Positions 54,640 through 64,000 of a stretch of DNA of 64,000 nucleotides are shown here, in pieces (the first letter of the stretch is position 1; every line of letters begins with the position of its first letter). The position numbers were made by a program, and so were the translations under genes. Where the stretch lies: assembly GCA_005790545.1 (NCBI GenBank), contig SXUL01000036.1, forward strand, positions 6,534 to 70,533. Direction: 5' to 3'. The notes beneath the pieces are model-generated. The model was not told the origin of the DNA, made no database searches, and saw only the letters and a list, made by a program, of their open reading frames with translations. The DNA comes from Planctomycetia bacterium (lineage in GTDB: Bacteria > Planctomycetota > GCA-002687715).

Positions 54640-57600
54640 TCACGCGTCCGCCGGAGCACTCTCTGCAGGTGCCTCTCCCGCGGTTGCCGGTGCATCGTCC
54701 GCCTTGCCGGCCCGCACACGTCGTGCGGCGCGCGGCGCTTCCAAGGGCGGGACCTGCGGCAGCGCGCTGTCCTCGCGCAGGCGACCTTCGGCATCCACCT
54801 GCTCGATGCGCACCGTCACGCGACGTGACACGCCGCGCTCCGGCATGGTCACACCGAAAAGGCGGTCCGCGTGTTCCATGGTGCGCTTCGAGTGGGTCAC
54901 CACCACGAACTGGCTCTTCAGCCTCCACTCGGAAACAAGACGCACAAAGCGCTCAGTGTTCTCCTCGTCGAGAGCTGCGTCCACCTCGTCGAGGAAGGCG
55001 CACGGCGCGGGGTGCGCGCGGAAGATGGCGAAGAGAAGCGCCACCGCCGTCAGCGAGCGCTCGCCACCGGAGAGCAACGTGATGCTCTGCAACTCCTTGC
55101 CCGGCGGCTGGGCCTTGATTTCGATGCCGCACTCGAGAGGCAACTCCGGGTTCTCAAGGCTGATCTCGGCGCGCCCGCCGCCAAAGAGGCGGCGATAGAC
55201 CACGCTGAAGTGCTCGCGCACGGCGTTGAACGTGTCGAGGAAGAGCTGGGTGCTCTGTTCCTCGATGGACTTGGCCACCTTCTGAAGCTGTTCTTTCGCC
55301 TTCAAGAGGTCGTCGCGCTCGCCGAGGATGAAGGAGCTGCGCTGTTCTGCGGCTTCCAGTTCTTCCACGGCCGCGAGATTGACGTTGCCCAAGCGAAGAA
55401 TGCGCTCCTTCAGGTCCTTCACCGCCTCCTCGATGGAGAGAGCCGGTGCATCCTCCACCGTTTCCGGATCGACACTGACCGGTTCCGCGGCCGCGCGCTC
55501 GAAGGCTTCGAGCTCCATGCCCAGGTCGTCGCGCACATGCGTCTTCAGCGCCTGCACGGCCGCATCATTGCCGGCCTCCGCTGCGCGAGCCTCCGCGATG
55601 CGCTCGAGGGTTGCGGCCAGAGCCGCGTCGGCACCTTCCAGTGCTTCCGCGGCCGCGCGCATGCGCTCGCGCACAACATCGGCACCGTTCTCGACCATCT
55701 GCAGCCGACGGGCTGCTTCGATGATGTTGGTCTCGCACTCGACCAACTGGGCCGCATCGCGCTCGAGGGCGCCTTCCGCCTCGGCAATGGCCGTGACCAG
55801 GCGTGCCTCCTCGTCCTGCGCAGAGGCACTGCGCTGCTCGGCATCGCGGATGCCCGCGCCGAGGAAGACCACGCGCGCCCGCGCTGCATCGAGTTTCTCG
55901 TGCAACTTCGCATCCGCCAGCCGCACTTCGTGCTGACGCTGCTGCAGGCGATCGGCATCGTGCTGCAAGGAGAGCTGACGTTGGCGCGCCTCTTCGACCG
56001 TGCTCTCGCGCTGAATGCGTTGTTCCTTCAACAGCGCCGAACGGCTGCGAGCCTCTTCCAGTTGATCCGTCGCGACCTCGAGACGTTCGCGTCCCGCCGA
56101 AAGCTCGCGCAAGAGCAGCGTGCGCTCACCGTTCAGGCGCTCCATTTCGTTCACGAGCCGGACGGCCTGCTGGTCGAGACGCGCGGCCTCGCCTTCAGCC
56201 TTCACGAGCAGGACGGAGAGTTCCTTGACGCGCGCCCGGGCTTCGTCCCGCGCAGCGATGAGCGTGGTGAGCTGACGACGCGCTGTGTCGCGCTCCTCGG
56301 CGAGTCCGGTGAGCCGACGCTCCAAGCGACGCGCCTCAGCTTGCAGGGTGACAAGGCCCTGCGCCGCCGGGCCGCCGCGCGGCGTCGCGAGCATGCGTCC
56401 CGAGCGCAAGACATCACCGTCCGCGCTCACGAGCATGGCCGGAACGCTGCGGTCCTCTGCCAAGGCCGCTTCAAAATCCTCGCGCCCGAGGACGCGCACG
56501 CCCTCGAGAAGCTGGCCGAGCACTCGCCCGATGTCCGCCGTGGTGGCGCGAACTCCAGCCGGCAATGCATGCCCGGCTTCCTTGAAGCGATCGAGCGGCA
56601 GGAACACGGCGCCACCGAGATGCTTCTCTCTCAAGAAGCGCAGGCCTTCGATGGCCTCGCGGCCATCGGCCACCACCAGTGCCTGCGCGGCATCGCCGAG
56701 TGCCGCCTCGACACCACGTGCCTCGGCAAAATCCACTTCGAACAGATGCAGGAGCAGGCCTCTGAATCCGGGCATGAATTCCGGACGGCGCGCCTTCTCG
56801 GCCATGATGGCGAGCGTGCCCTCATTCAGCCCTTCGCCACGGCGCAGCGTGCTGGTCAGCACGTCCTTCCTTGCCTGGGCGCGGTGCTGCTCGGCCTCCG
56901 TGCGCCGCAGTACTTCCTCTGCGTCGTTCACGGCCCCTTCGCAGCGCTCGACCTCGAGTTCCGCCGCGGTGAGGGCATTGCGACTGCCCTCAAGAGCCGT
57001 GGTGCGTTCGCCTTGCGTGCCTGCGAGCCCGGTGAGTTCCGCCTTGAGGCGCGCGAGCGCGGCGTCCGAGCGCTGCAGACGTTCTTCGCCAGTGGCCAGC
57101 GCGGCGCGGCCGTGCGCGAGGGCGGTTTCGCAGCGTGCCTCCTGCGTGCTCGAGGCGGCAATTTCGCGCTCATGCAGCGCGAGTGCTGATTCGGCTGCCG
57201 TGCGCGCGTCTGTGGCCGTGGCCACTTCCGTCCGCGCTTCACGGACGAGACCGGTCGCCTCCGCGAGTTCCCGCGCGGTGCCTTGCACATCCCTGGCAAG
57301 AGCCTCGCTCTCGCGGCGGACGAGTGTTTCCTCCTCCGCCAGTTCCGAAGCCGAACGCCGGGCGTCTTCCGCCTCGGTCTTGCGGTTCTCGAGCCGCCGC
57401 GCTCCCTCTTCAACGTAGCGCCGTTGAAGGGCAATGGTTTCCTTCAGGCTGCCGAGACGCGCTGCGAGCTCGGCGTGCTGGGAGCGAGCTCCGGCGACAT
57501 GGTCGACAGTGGCCGTGAGCTCGGTTTCGATACCCGTCGCGCGGGCCTTGGCCTCATCACGTCCGGTGCGCAATCCGTCCCGTTCCGCAAAGAGCCCGGC

Positions 57601-58347
57601 CATGCGCACCGCGAGTTCCGATTGACCGGCCGAGAGGACCCTCCACCGCTCGAACGCCGCGCGATTCTGCAGCCCTTGGAGTTTCTGGCTGAGTTCCCGG
57701 TGGCTCCGCGCCTTGCCGGCTTGCAACTTGAGGGAGCGGATCTGGCGCGAGATCTCCTCCACCACGTCCGCGAGGCGCGAGAGATTCTCGTCCACCTTCT
57801 GGAGCTTCAATTCCGTCTCGTGGCGCCGCGCGCGCAGCCGCGAGATGCCTGCGGCTTCCTCGAAAACGCGCCGCCGGTCGACGGCATTGTTGGCGAGGAC
57901 CGCATCGATCTTGCCCTGCTCCATGAAGGCATAGCCACCCGATCCGAGCCCGGTGCCGGCGAGAAGATCGCGCACGTCCTTCAAGCGCGACGGGCGACCG
58001 TTGATCAGGTACTCGGTCTCGCCGGTCCGGAAGACGCGCCGGGTGATGTTCACCTCGTCGGCATCCTCGGGCAGTACGCGATCCTCGTTCGCGAAGAGCA
58101 GCGTGCCTTCGCACAGCCCCATGGGCGCGCGGCGCACGGTGCCATTGAAGATGACATCCATCATCTCGCGGCCACGGAGCGATGTGGGACGCTGCTCGCC
58201 GAGGACCCACTTCACTGCATCGATGACATTCGATTTGCCGCAGCCGTTCGGCCCGACGATGCAGGTGAGTGCGCCGCCCTCGAACGTGAACTCCGTACGG
58301 TCGGCGAACGACTTGAACCCGTGCACGATCAACCGCTGCAAGCGCAT
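54640..58347 (-). CDS. smc: Chromosome segregation protein SMC
   Basis: GFKSFAD, GPNGCGKSN, SLRG..MMDVIF, EEAAGIS, hinge region, LGNVN, LSGGERSL, LDEVDAALDE, VVTH. Start trimmed to MRLQRL. Confidence 0.96.
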   Translation of the reverse strand: MRLQRLIVHGFKSFADRTEFTFEGGALTCIVGPNGCGKSNVIDAVKWVLGEQRPTSLRGREMMDVIFNGTVRRAPMGLCEGTLLFANEDRVLPEDADEVNITRRVFRTGETEYLINGRPSRLKDVRDLLAGTGLGSGGYAFMEQGKIDAVLANNAVDRRRVFEEAAGISRLRARRHETELKLQKVDENLSRLADVVEEISRQIRSLKLQAGKARSHRELSQKLQGLQNRAAFERWRVLSAGQSELAVRMAGLFAERDGLRTGRDEAKARATGIETELTATVDHVAGARSQHAELAARLGSLKETIALQRRYVEEGARRLENRKTEAEDARRSASELAEEETLVRRESEALARDVQGTARELAEATGLVREARTEVATATDARTAAESALALHEREIAASSTQEARCETALAHGRAALATGEERLQRSDAALARLKAELTGLAGTQGERTTALEGSRNALTAAELEVERCEGAVNDAEEVLRRTEAEQHRAQARKDVLTSTLRRGEGLNEGTLAIMAEKARRPEFMPGFRGLLLHLFEVDFAEARGVEAALGDAAQALVVADGREAIEGLRFLREKHLGGAVFLPLDRFKEAGHALPAGVRATTADIGRVLGQLLEGVRVLGREDFEAALAEDRSVPAMLVSADGDVLRSGRMLATPRGGPAAQGLVTLQAEARRLERRLTGLAEERDTARRQLTTLIAARDEARARVKELSVLLVKAEGEAARLDQQAVRLVNEMERLNGERTLLLRELSAGRERLEVATDQLEEARSRSALLKEQRIQRESTVEEARQRQLSLQHDADRLQQRQHEVRLADAKLHEKLDAARARVVFLGAGIRDAEQRSASAQDEEARLVTAIAEAEGALERDAAQLVECETNIIEAARRLQMVENGADVVRERMRAAAEALEGADAALAATLERIAEARAAEAGNDAAVQALKTHVRDDLGMELEAFERAAAEPVSVDPETVEDAPALSIEEAVKDLKERILRLGNVNLAAVEELEAAEQRSSFILGERDDLLKAKEQLQKVAKSIEEQSTQLFLDTFNAVREHFSVVYRRLFGGGRAEISLENPELPLECGIEIKAQPPGKELQSITLLSGGERSLTAVALLFAIFRAHPAPCAFLDEVDAALDEENTERFVRLVSEWRLKSQFVVVTHSKRTMEHADRLFGVTMPERGVSRRVTVRIEQVDAEGRLREDSALPQVPPLEAPRAARRVRAGKADDAPATAGEAPAESAPADA

Positions 58348-58435
58348 CGCGTTACCCCACAACGGGTGCGGGGCCGCGCATCGGTCCCCCACAAGCCCGC
58401 CCCGGGAGCAGCATAGCCCCCCTGTTTCGGTTTTC

Positions 58436-60163
58436 CTATCGGGGAGATGGTGCCTGGAAGAGGTCGCCTTGAACCTCTTCGGCCAGCGCATCCGGGGCCG
58501 CAAAACGCACCCAGCGCAACGCCGTTTTCGTCACCAAACCGTCGAGAACCGCTGAGGCGCCGCGCTCCGAAGTGAGCGCGAGTGGCAGAGGCACGACGCC
58601 ACCCAACGACGCGGTCAGTTCTCTGGACAAGAGGCCCCGGTGAATCGGCGCATCCAGCGGCCAGCCAAGAGGAAGCACGGTGTCCGCGCTCCGCCCCGGA
58701 GCCCCCGCGGTGGAGGCGGCCGCCAGCGTGACCTCGCTCGGGCGACCAGACGCGGCTGGATCCACATCGAGCAGACACGCGACCAAGCGTGCCGCCAGGC
58801 GCGGTCGCTCCTGAGCACGCGAGGCTCCTCTGTGCACCAGCAGGTCGAGTGCCTCGCCGAGGTGCAATAATCTCACCTCTGTACGTTCGACGAGTTCCCG
58901 GGAGGGCAGCCCGAGCTCTTCGAGGACGGCGGCAAGGAACGTGCCCTGTTGGACGCGGCCGCGCTCGGCCTCGATCTCGCGGACGAGCGAACGTGCCCGC
59001 ACCATGGCCACGTCGGCCGCATCGAGGCTCTGCACGGACTGAAACAACTGCAGAAGATCGATGCCTGCTTCGACCAACCCGATGGAGATGGGCTCGGGCC
59101 GGTCGCGCAACAGAAAGGCCGCACCCAGCGACGCCTGCTCCAGCAGCAGCGGTTCTGGAGTTGCAGCGTCAAAACGCCAGAGCACATCCACGCCGAGATC
59201 CCGTCGCCAGTGACGTGTGCTCTCCACCAGCGCCGCCTCGAGAGGCAGATCCACGGCTACGCGCGCGCTGCAACCGGCACGGCGAGCTTGACGCACGGTA
59301 TCGATCAGCACCTCGAGAAGGGCTTCTCCGGCGACGCGCTGTGCGTGTGCCACTCCGGTGAAACACAGCGTGCCGCGCACGAGCGGGAGCAGTCGGGAGA
59401 TCCAGGCCGCGAACGTCGCGGGTGTGGAAGGAACGACACCCAGCACCAAGGACGAGGCGCGCAACGGATCGCCGAGCCCGGGCAGCGTGATGTCCCCGGA
59501 CGCGGCTGCCGCCGCCACAGCGCCCGCGTGTACTTCGAGCAGCAGCAGCTTCTCGAACGCGGCCGCCGCCACCATTCTGTCGCCAAGCTGCGGATCGCCA
59601 CCAGCACTGCCAAGGCGCGCACCCAACGTGCGCGGCGAGAGCGCCACACTCACCGCTGCTCGAGCCGCGCTTCCGTCGAGGGCAATCAACGCGCTGGCCG
59701 CGAGTTCCGCAAGCAAACCGCTGGACACGAGTTCGACGCGCAACGCCGCCAACTGGCGCTCGACGCGCAGTGCGATCTCTCCGGCGATGACATCCGGCAG
59801 GCCCGCGTTGCGCACCAAGGAGAGCACGAAGCGCTCATGCGCAAATGGCCCACGGCCATCCACGCCCTGCACTTCGAGATGTCCGAGGAGCGCGGCGCGC
59901 TCGCGACGCTCGTGCACGAGATGGCGTGCGGCCGCCTCATGCCCGGTGGATTCGAGCACATTCGCCAACAGGTCCTCGTACTCAGGCTCCGAGAGATCCC
60001 GCAGCGGCCCCTTCTGCACCAGTTCCATCACGGCATCGGCAAGCACACGCGCCAGCGCAGGAGGCGCCTCCGTGGATGCGATGAGCGCGTCGGCGAGCTC
60101 CGCCTCGACCTCACCATGCAGCAGCGGCGCCGTGGAACCGTCAGCTCTGCGCACCCGCCGCAT
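58436..60163 (-). CDS. Hypothetical protein with two degenerate ATP-cone domains and a degenerate class III RNR (NrdD)-like body
   Basis: [10 protein letters not shown]... and [16 protein letters not shown]...[12 protein letters not shown]...VSSGLLAEL resemble ATP cones; [15 protein letters not shown] aligns by eye with NrdD aH..GDIHxHDL; no catalytic Cys, Zn site or glycyl-radical motif. Overlaps nrdR by 23 nt. Confidence 0.6.
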   Translation of the reverse strand: MRRVRRADGSTAPLLHGEVEAELADALIASTEAPPALARVLADAVMELVQKGPLRDLSEPEYEDLLANVLESTGHEAAARHLVHERRERAALLGHLEVQGVDGRGPFAHERFVLSLVRNAGLPDVIAGEIALRVERQLAALRVELVSSGLLAELAASALIALDGSAARAAVSVALSPRTLGARLGSAGGDPQLGDRMVAAAAFEKLLLLEVHAGAVAAAAASGDITLPGLGDPLRASSLVLGVVPSTPATFAAWISRLLPLVRGTLCFTGVAHAQRVAGEALLEVLIDTVRQARRAGCSARVAVDLPLEAALVESTRHWRRDLGVDVLWRFDAATPEPLLLEQASLGAAFLLRDRPEPISIGLVEAGIDLLQLFQSVQSLDAADVAMVRARSLVREIEAERGRVQQGTFLAAVLEELGLPSRELVERTEVRLLHLGEALDLLVHRGASRAQERPRLAARLVACLLDVDPAASGRPSEVTLAAASTAGAPGRSADTVLPLGWPLDAPIHRGLLSRELTASLGGVVPLPLALTSERGASAVLDGLVTKTALRWVRFAAPDALAEEVQGDLFQAPSPR

Positions 60164-60626
60164 CGCCGCCCTCCTTCCCCGACAAGACCCGCTTCAGTTC
60201 CGCCATGAATGCATTCACGTCCTTGAATTCGCGGTACACCGAGGCGAAGCGCACGTAGGCCACCTGATCGAGCGAGCGCAATTCTTCCATGACGAAATCG
60301 CCGATGATGCGGCTCGACACTTCGGAATCAAAAGTCTCGCTGACCTTCGTCTCGACGCGGCTGGTCACTTCTTCGAGCGTCTCCGTACTGACCGGACGCT
60401 TGTGACAGGCGAGCATGAGCCCTGAGAGAATCTTCTGGCGATCGAACGGGACCCTGCTGCCGTCCTTCTTGACCACACGCAGCGGCATCTCCTCGATGCG
60501 CTCGTAGGTCGTGAAGCGCCGCGTGCAATCGAGGCATTCGCGGCGCCGGCGGATCACACCTTGGTCGTTGCAGGCCCTGGAGTCGATGACCTTGTCTTCG
60601 ATGGCCTTGCAAAACGGGCAGCGCAT
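60141..60626 (-). CDS. nrdR: Transcriptional repressor NrdR
   Basis: MRCPFC, KVIDSR, IRRRREC..C..RFTTYE, VVKKDG ATP cone, [10 protein letters not shown]. Confidence 0.97.
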   Translation of the reverse strand: MRCPFCKAIEDKVIDSRACNDQGVIRRRRECLDCTRRFTTYERIEEMPLRVVKKDGSRVPFDRQKILSGLMLACHKRPVSTETLEEVTSRVETKVSETFDSEVSSRIIGDFVMEELRSLDQVAYVRFASVYREFKDVNAFMAELKRVLSGKEGGDAAGAQS

Positions 60627-60670
60627 GGCGGTGCTCATATCACCACGCCGCGAAGACCGTCAAGGACGGA

Positions 60671-61963
60671 TCATTTGCCGATGCAGAACTGGCTGAAGAT
60701 GCGATCGAGCAGTCGCGCCGGCGCATCACTGCCGGTGACGGCGGAGATCTCTCGCAATGCCTCATGGAGATCCGCCGCCGCGAGCTCGCGCTCGCCCGCT
60801 GCGCCAAGGAGCGTCCGCGCGCGCGCGACCGCCATGGCGGCCAAACGGCAATGCTCAGCCTGACGTACCGAGGCCACAGAACCGGAGACGTGCGGAACGA
60901 GCCGCTGGAACATGGCCAGGCGCAGCTGCGGAATTCCTTTGCCCGTCAACCCGCTGACGGCCAGCACGCCGGCGGGACAGGCACCCAGATCCGCGTGCGT
61001 GAGGACCGGGAGACTCCGCGCAGCGGGACGCGCTGCCGGCTGGCCCGGAGCGCGCACCTCGAGGAGGAGATCCGCGGCTGCAAGCCACGCCGCGCGACGC
61101 GCCTGTGCCTCAACATCGGCTGCGGCGGGGACAACGTCTGACCCTGCGGTGTCCACCAACCGCACCAGCATTTCGTCCAACTCGCACTGCCCCTCCACCG
61201 CATCACGTGTCGTGCCAGCAAAGGGGCTCGCCAGCGCGCGCTCGGATCCAGAGAGCGCATTGAACAGCGTCGACTTGCCCGCGTTCGCCGGCCCGCTCAA
61301 GACCACCAGCGGCACCCCGCTGCTTGCACACGGGCCAGCAGTGTCAGCCGCCAGTTGCGAGAGCAGCCCGGCAGTGCGCGCAAGCGATGCGGAAGCATCC
61401 ACTGGCAGCGGAATCTCGACATCGTCATCCTGAAAGTCGAACCCCAGTTCGAGCGGAATCAAGACCGCCTGGATGGCCGAAGTGCAACTCGCGAGCCGAC
61501 GGGCGAGGCCACCTTCAAGGACAAAGACGGCGCGCTGCCGCTCCGCCTCGGACTCGGCGGCCACCAGCGAACCAACCGCTTCTGCCCGCGCAAGGTCGAG
61601 TTTGCCGTGTTCGAGAGCACGGCGCGTGAATTCTCCCGCGGATGCATCCACGATGCCCTCGGCCAGCAGCGTTTCGCGGAGCAGGGCCGCGAGCAGCGGC
61701 GCTCCCGGGAAATGCACTTCGAGGCAGTCCTCGCCGGTTGCGCTGCGAGGCGCCTTTCTCCACCAGAGCGCAGCCGGCACCTCGAGCACGCCGAGCCGGA
61801 GAGAGAGTGCTTGAACGGCGGAAGGCGTGTCGAACACGGCTCTGCTCGCTGGCTGGAGTTTCTCCAGGACGGGCCGCGCGAGCGGCCCGGAAATCCGCAG
61901 CACCTGTCGCGCTGCAGGGACACGCGCGCAGGCCATCGCCATGATGGTGCGCGCGTCGGCCAT
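60671..61963 (-). CDS. mnmE: tRNA modification GTPase MnmE (degenerate G domain)
   Basis: LRISG, SATGEDCLE, GEFTRRALEHGKLDL, GPANAGKS, GTTRD, DTAG, terminal FSQFCIGK; canonical position after yidC. Confidence 0.9.
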   Translation of the reverse strand: MADARTIMAMACARVPAARQVLRISGPLARPVLEKLQPASRAVFDTPSAVQALSLRLGVLEVPAALWWRKAPRSATGEDCLEVHFPGAPLLAALLRETLLAEGIVDASAGEFTRRALEHGKLDLARAEAVGSLVAAESEAERQRAVFVLEGGLARRLASCTSAIQAVLIPLELGFDFQDDDVEIPLPVDASASLARTAGLLSQLAADTAGPCASSGVPLVVLSGPANAGKSTLFNALSGSERALASPFAGTTRDAVEGQCELDEMLVRLVDTAGSDVVPAAADVEAQARRAAWLAAADLLLEVRAPGQPAARPAARSLPVLTHADLGACPAGVLAVSGLTGKGIPQLRLAMFQRLVPHVSGSVASVRQAEHCRLAAMAVARARTLLGAAGERELAAADLHEALREISAVTGSDAPARLLDRIFSQFCIGK

Positions 61964-61966
61964 GCT

Positions 61967-63766
61967 TCAGCTCTGCCGTGCGCGCAGCGAACGGATGATG
62001 CGCCCTTCCACGATGCCGATGCTGCTGCTCACCAGCCAGTAGAGAGAGAGTCCCGCCGCGTAGCTGTACATCATGAACCCGAAGAGAACGGGCATGAACA
62101 ACATCATCTTGCGCTGCTGCTCCATCTGCGGGTCGCTGGTGGCCGGCTTCGGCATGAGCCACGAGTTCAGGAACCACGCGACAGTCATGAGGATCGGCAA
62201 GAGGTGCAGCCCGGTCAGCGCAGGAGCGCCACCGACGCAGGAGCTGCAGCCCGGGATGAATCCGCACAGAGACATCGGATTCGCCATGGGGCTCGCGAAA
62301 GTGATGAGATGGTCGGGTTGCGACAGGTCCGCCACCCACCACCAGCCGGCCTGCCGGAGGTCAATGGATGCGCGCAGCGCAGAGAAGAGACCGAAGAAGA
62401 TCGGGATCTGCAGCAGCATCGGCAAGCACCCGCCGAGTGGCACGAGCTTCACCTTCTCCTCGCGCATCATCTTCATCTGCTCTTCAGCGAATTTGCGCGA
62501 GTCACCCTCGTGCTTCTTCTTGAGCGCTTCGAGCTTCGGCTTCAATTTCGCCATCTGCTCCTGGTGCTTCGCCATCGCGTCCTGACTGCGACGATTCACC
62601 GGGAAGAGCACGCAGCGCACGAGCAATGTCATCAGGATGATGGCGATGCCCCAGTTGCCGCACAGGCCGTGCATCAAGTCGAGCAGGAACAGCACCGCGC
62701 GGCCGATGACCCGGGCCCAACCAAGTTGGTCGCGATAGATGAGCGCGAGCGCCTCGGCAGCCGCCGGTTTGTCGGCCAGGTCCGCCGCAACGATGCGGTC
62801 GTCCACCGGCCCCATGTAAATCAGCCCCGAGTGGGTGACAGGCGCAGCACCGGCTTCGGCACGCATGCCGAACTCGATGCAGGTGGCGGTACGCACCTGA
62901 TCCGTTGCCCCATCATCCTTGCGGTCCTGCGCGGCCACTTCCTCGACGCGCGCCACGACGGAGTCGGGGAACGACTCGAGCAAAAGCAGCATGCCGAAGT
63001 AGTTCGAGAAATCACCGGCGAAGCGCTGTGCGCCGGCGAGCGCAAGGGACTTTCCGGCCGACTCTTCGTGCACCTCGGGAGCCATGACGGCGCGGTATTC
63101 ACGCTCCACGCCGTTCAGGCCCGCATGAGCCGGTGTCGCGGCCGACGCGCCAGGTTCCTGAAAGACCCCGGGCGTCACCTGCAAGGCGAGATCGAGCGGA
63201 AAGACCGCATTCGCAGCCCCTTCGGCCCGCACACTGCAACGCAGTTCCGCATGCAAGCTGTGGCCCGCCGGAAGGCTGAGTTCCTTCTTGACGAACACAC
63301 GCCCGCCGGGCCGCTCCACGCTGCGCTCCATGACCAGCGTGCGGCCGTCCGCGGATTTCGCGAGCTGCCACATGTGCCCGCTGCCGAGATCATCGTTCTT
63401 GGTCGCCCGCAATTCGAGGGCTGCATGCTTGTCCCCCGACTGCGCATGCACCAGCAGCAGATCGCGCTCGCTGCCTACGCTTGGATGACGTCCCTTCAAC
63501 TCGACCCGCGTGAGCACGGCTCCGTCGTTGGAGACGACCAGACGCACGTCGTCGTTCTCGAGCACTTCCTCGCGGCGCTCGACCTCGGGCATGGCTGCAA
63601 CCCGCACGGCCGGTGCAACCGGCTGCGACGATTCGACCGGCTTCGGAGCTTCGCTCGCGGGCGGCGTCACCGGCTTCGGCGCGGGTGTCGGGCCCGGAAA
63701 GAGAAACTGCCATCCGAGCAGTACCGCGAGGGAAAGGACGAGTGCGAGGAGGAATCGCTTTTCCAT
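61967..63766 (-). CDS. yidC: Membrane protein insertase YidC
   Basis: N-terminal TM, periplasmic domain, YMGP, NWGIAIILMT, GGCLPMLLQIPIF, AGLSLYW. Confidence 0.96.
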   Translation of the reverse strand: MEKRFLLALVLSLAVLLGWQFLFPGPTPAPKPVTPPASEAPKPVESSQPVAPAVRVAAMPEVERREEVLENDDVRLVVSNDGAVLTRVELKGRHPSVGSERDLLLVHAQSGDKHAALELRATKNDDLGSGHMWQLAKSADGRTLVMERSVERPGGRVFVKKELSLPAGHSLHAELRCSVRAEGAANAVFPLDLALQVTPGVFQEPGASAATPAHAGLNGVEREYRAVMAPEVHEESAGKSLALAGAQRFAGDFSNYFGMLLLLESFPDSVVARVEEVAAQDRKDDGATDQVRTATCIEFGMRAEAGAAPVTHSGLIYMGPVDDRIVAADLADKPAAAEALALIYRDQLGWARVIGRAVLFLLDLMHGLCGNWGIAIILMTLLVRCVLFPVNRRSQDAMAKHQEQMAKLKPKLEALKKKHEGDSRKFAEEQMKMMREEKVKLVPLGGCLPMLLQIPIFFGLFSALRASIDLRQAGWWWVADLSQPDHLITFASPMANPMSLCGFIPGCSSCVGGAPALTGLHLLPILMTVAWFLNSWLMPKPATSDPQMEQQRKMMLFMPVLFGFMMYSYAAGLSLYWLVSSSIGIVEGRIIRSLRARQS

Positions 63767-63768
63767 GT

Positions 63769-64000
63769 CTACTTGCCGACCTTCAGGCGCTGCGCGAGAA
63801 ACTTGTCCAGTTCAGCCACGGCGAGAATCTTCGCCATGGCCTGATCCACGTCGTAGGCGACGCGCCGGAACTGGATGCGATCGTCATCGATGAGGACGTA
63901 GCAGGAACGTGGATCACCGTCGCGCGGTTGTCCTACGCTGCCCACGTTCACGAACGACTTCCCGGTTGGCAACGCTTGCCAGCCGGCGAACTCGCTCTGG
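63769..64000 (-). CDS. Metallophosphoesterase-family protein, C-terminal part (5' end outside window)
   Basis: VNVGSVGQPRDGDPR, RRVAYD, LAQRLKVGK; stop lies 2 nt before the yidC start. Confidence 0.88.
   Translation of the reverse strand, partial: QSEFAGWQALPTGKSFVNVGSVGQPRDGDPRSCYVLIDDDRIQFRRVAYDVDQAMAKILAVAELDKFLAQRLKVGK

Noticed and set aside
54640-58347. SMC as a Wadjet/MksB-type defence ATPase
   Set aside because: Canonical housekeeping SMC head motifs, length and hinge; no jetABD/mksEFG neighbours.
60627-60670. NrdR box upstream of nrdR
   Set aside because: No convincing match to the acaCwAtATaTwGtgt palindrome; only a TTGACG -35-like hexamer.
1-64000. CRISPR arrays, transposases, prophage, rRNA, tmRNA, RNase P or SRP RNA
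   Set aside because: No regularly spaced repeats or hallmark motifs were seen by eye; short or diverged elements could have been missed.

Overview
High-GC window of core chromosome, almost certainly from a diderm bacterium, most likely a Planctomycetota lineage. That call is inferred from a TIGR02999-type ECF sigma factor coupled to a WD40 Ser/Thr kinase, planctomycete-style secreted proteins and kdsA. About 47 CDS can be supported, mostly on the minus strand. Housekeeping genes: valS, gltX, kdsA, rluD, truA, pyrB, coaX, obgE, rpmA, rplU, rng/rne, smc, nrdR, yidC, an EF-G paralog and two MnmE paralogs. Also present: tRNA-Glu(CTC), tRNA-Cys(GCA), a cobalamin riboswitch, a dispersed type IV pilus/T2SS-like system with fused subunits, and a permease-less hpf-EIIA-yvcK-HPr-EI PTS cluster. 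I saw no mobile element, prophage or CRISPR array. Strongest leads: (1) two MnmE paralogs with reciprocal motif losses, suggesting an obligate heterodimer; (2) a double-ATP-cone, apparently catalytically dead NrdD-like protein overlapping nrdR and lying upstream of smc and a pentapeptide-repeat gene; (3) a cobalamin riboswitch controlling an orphan secreted beta-propeller; (4) PilM-PilN and PilO-PilP fusions plus a GspC-like PDZ protein; (5) PyrB fused only to the PyrI zinc domain; (6) a kinase-coupled ECF lacking the usual phospho-Thr; (7) unassigned structured leaders. All calls come from reading motifs by eye; no searches were run. Start codons were trimmed by hand where the ORF track overshoots.
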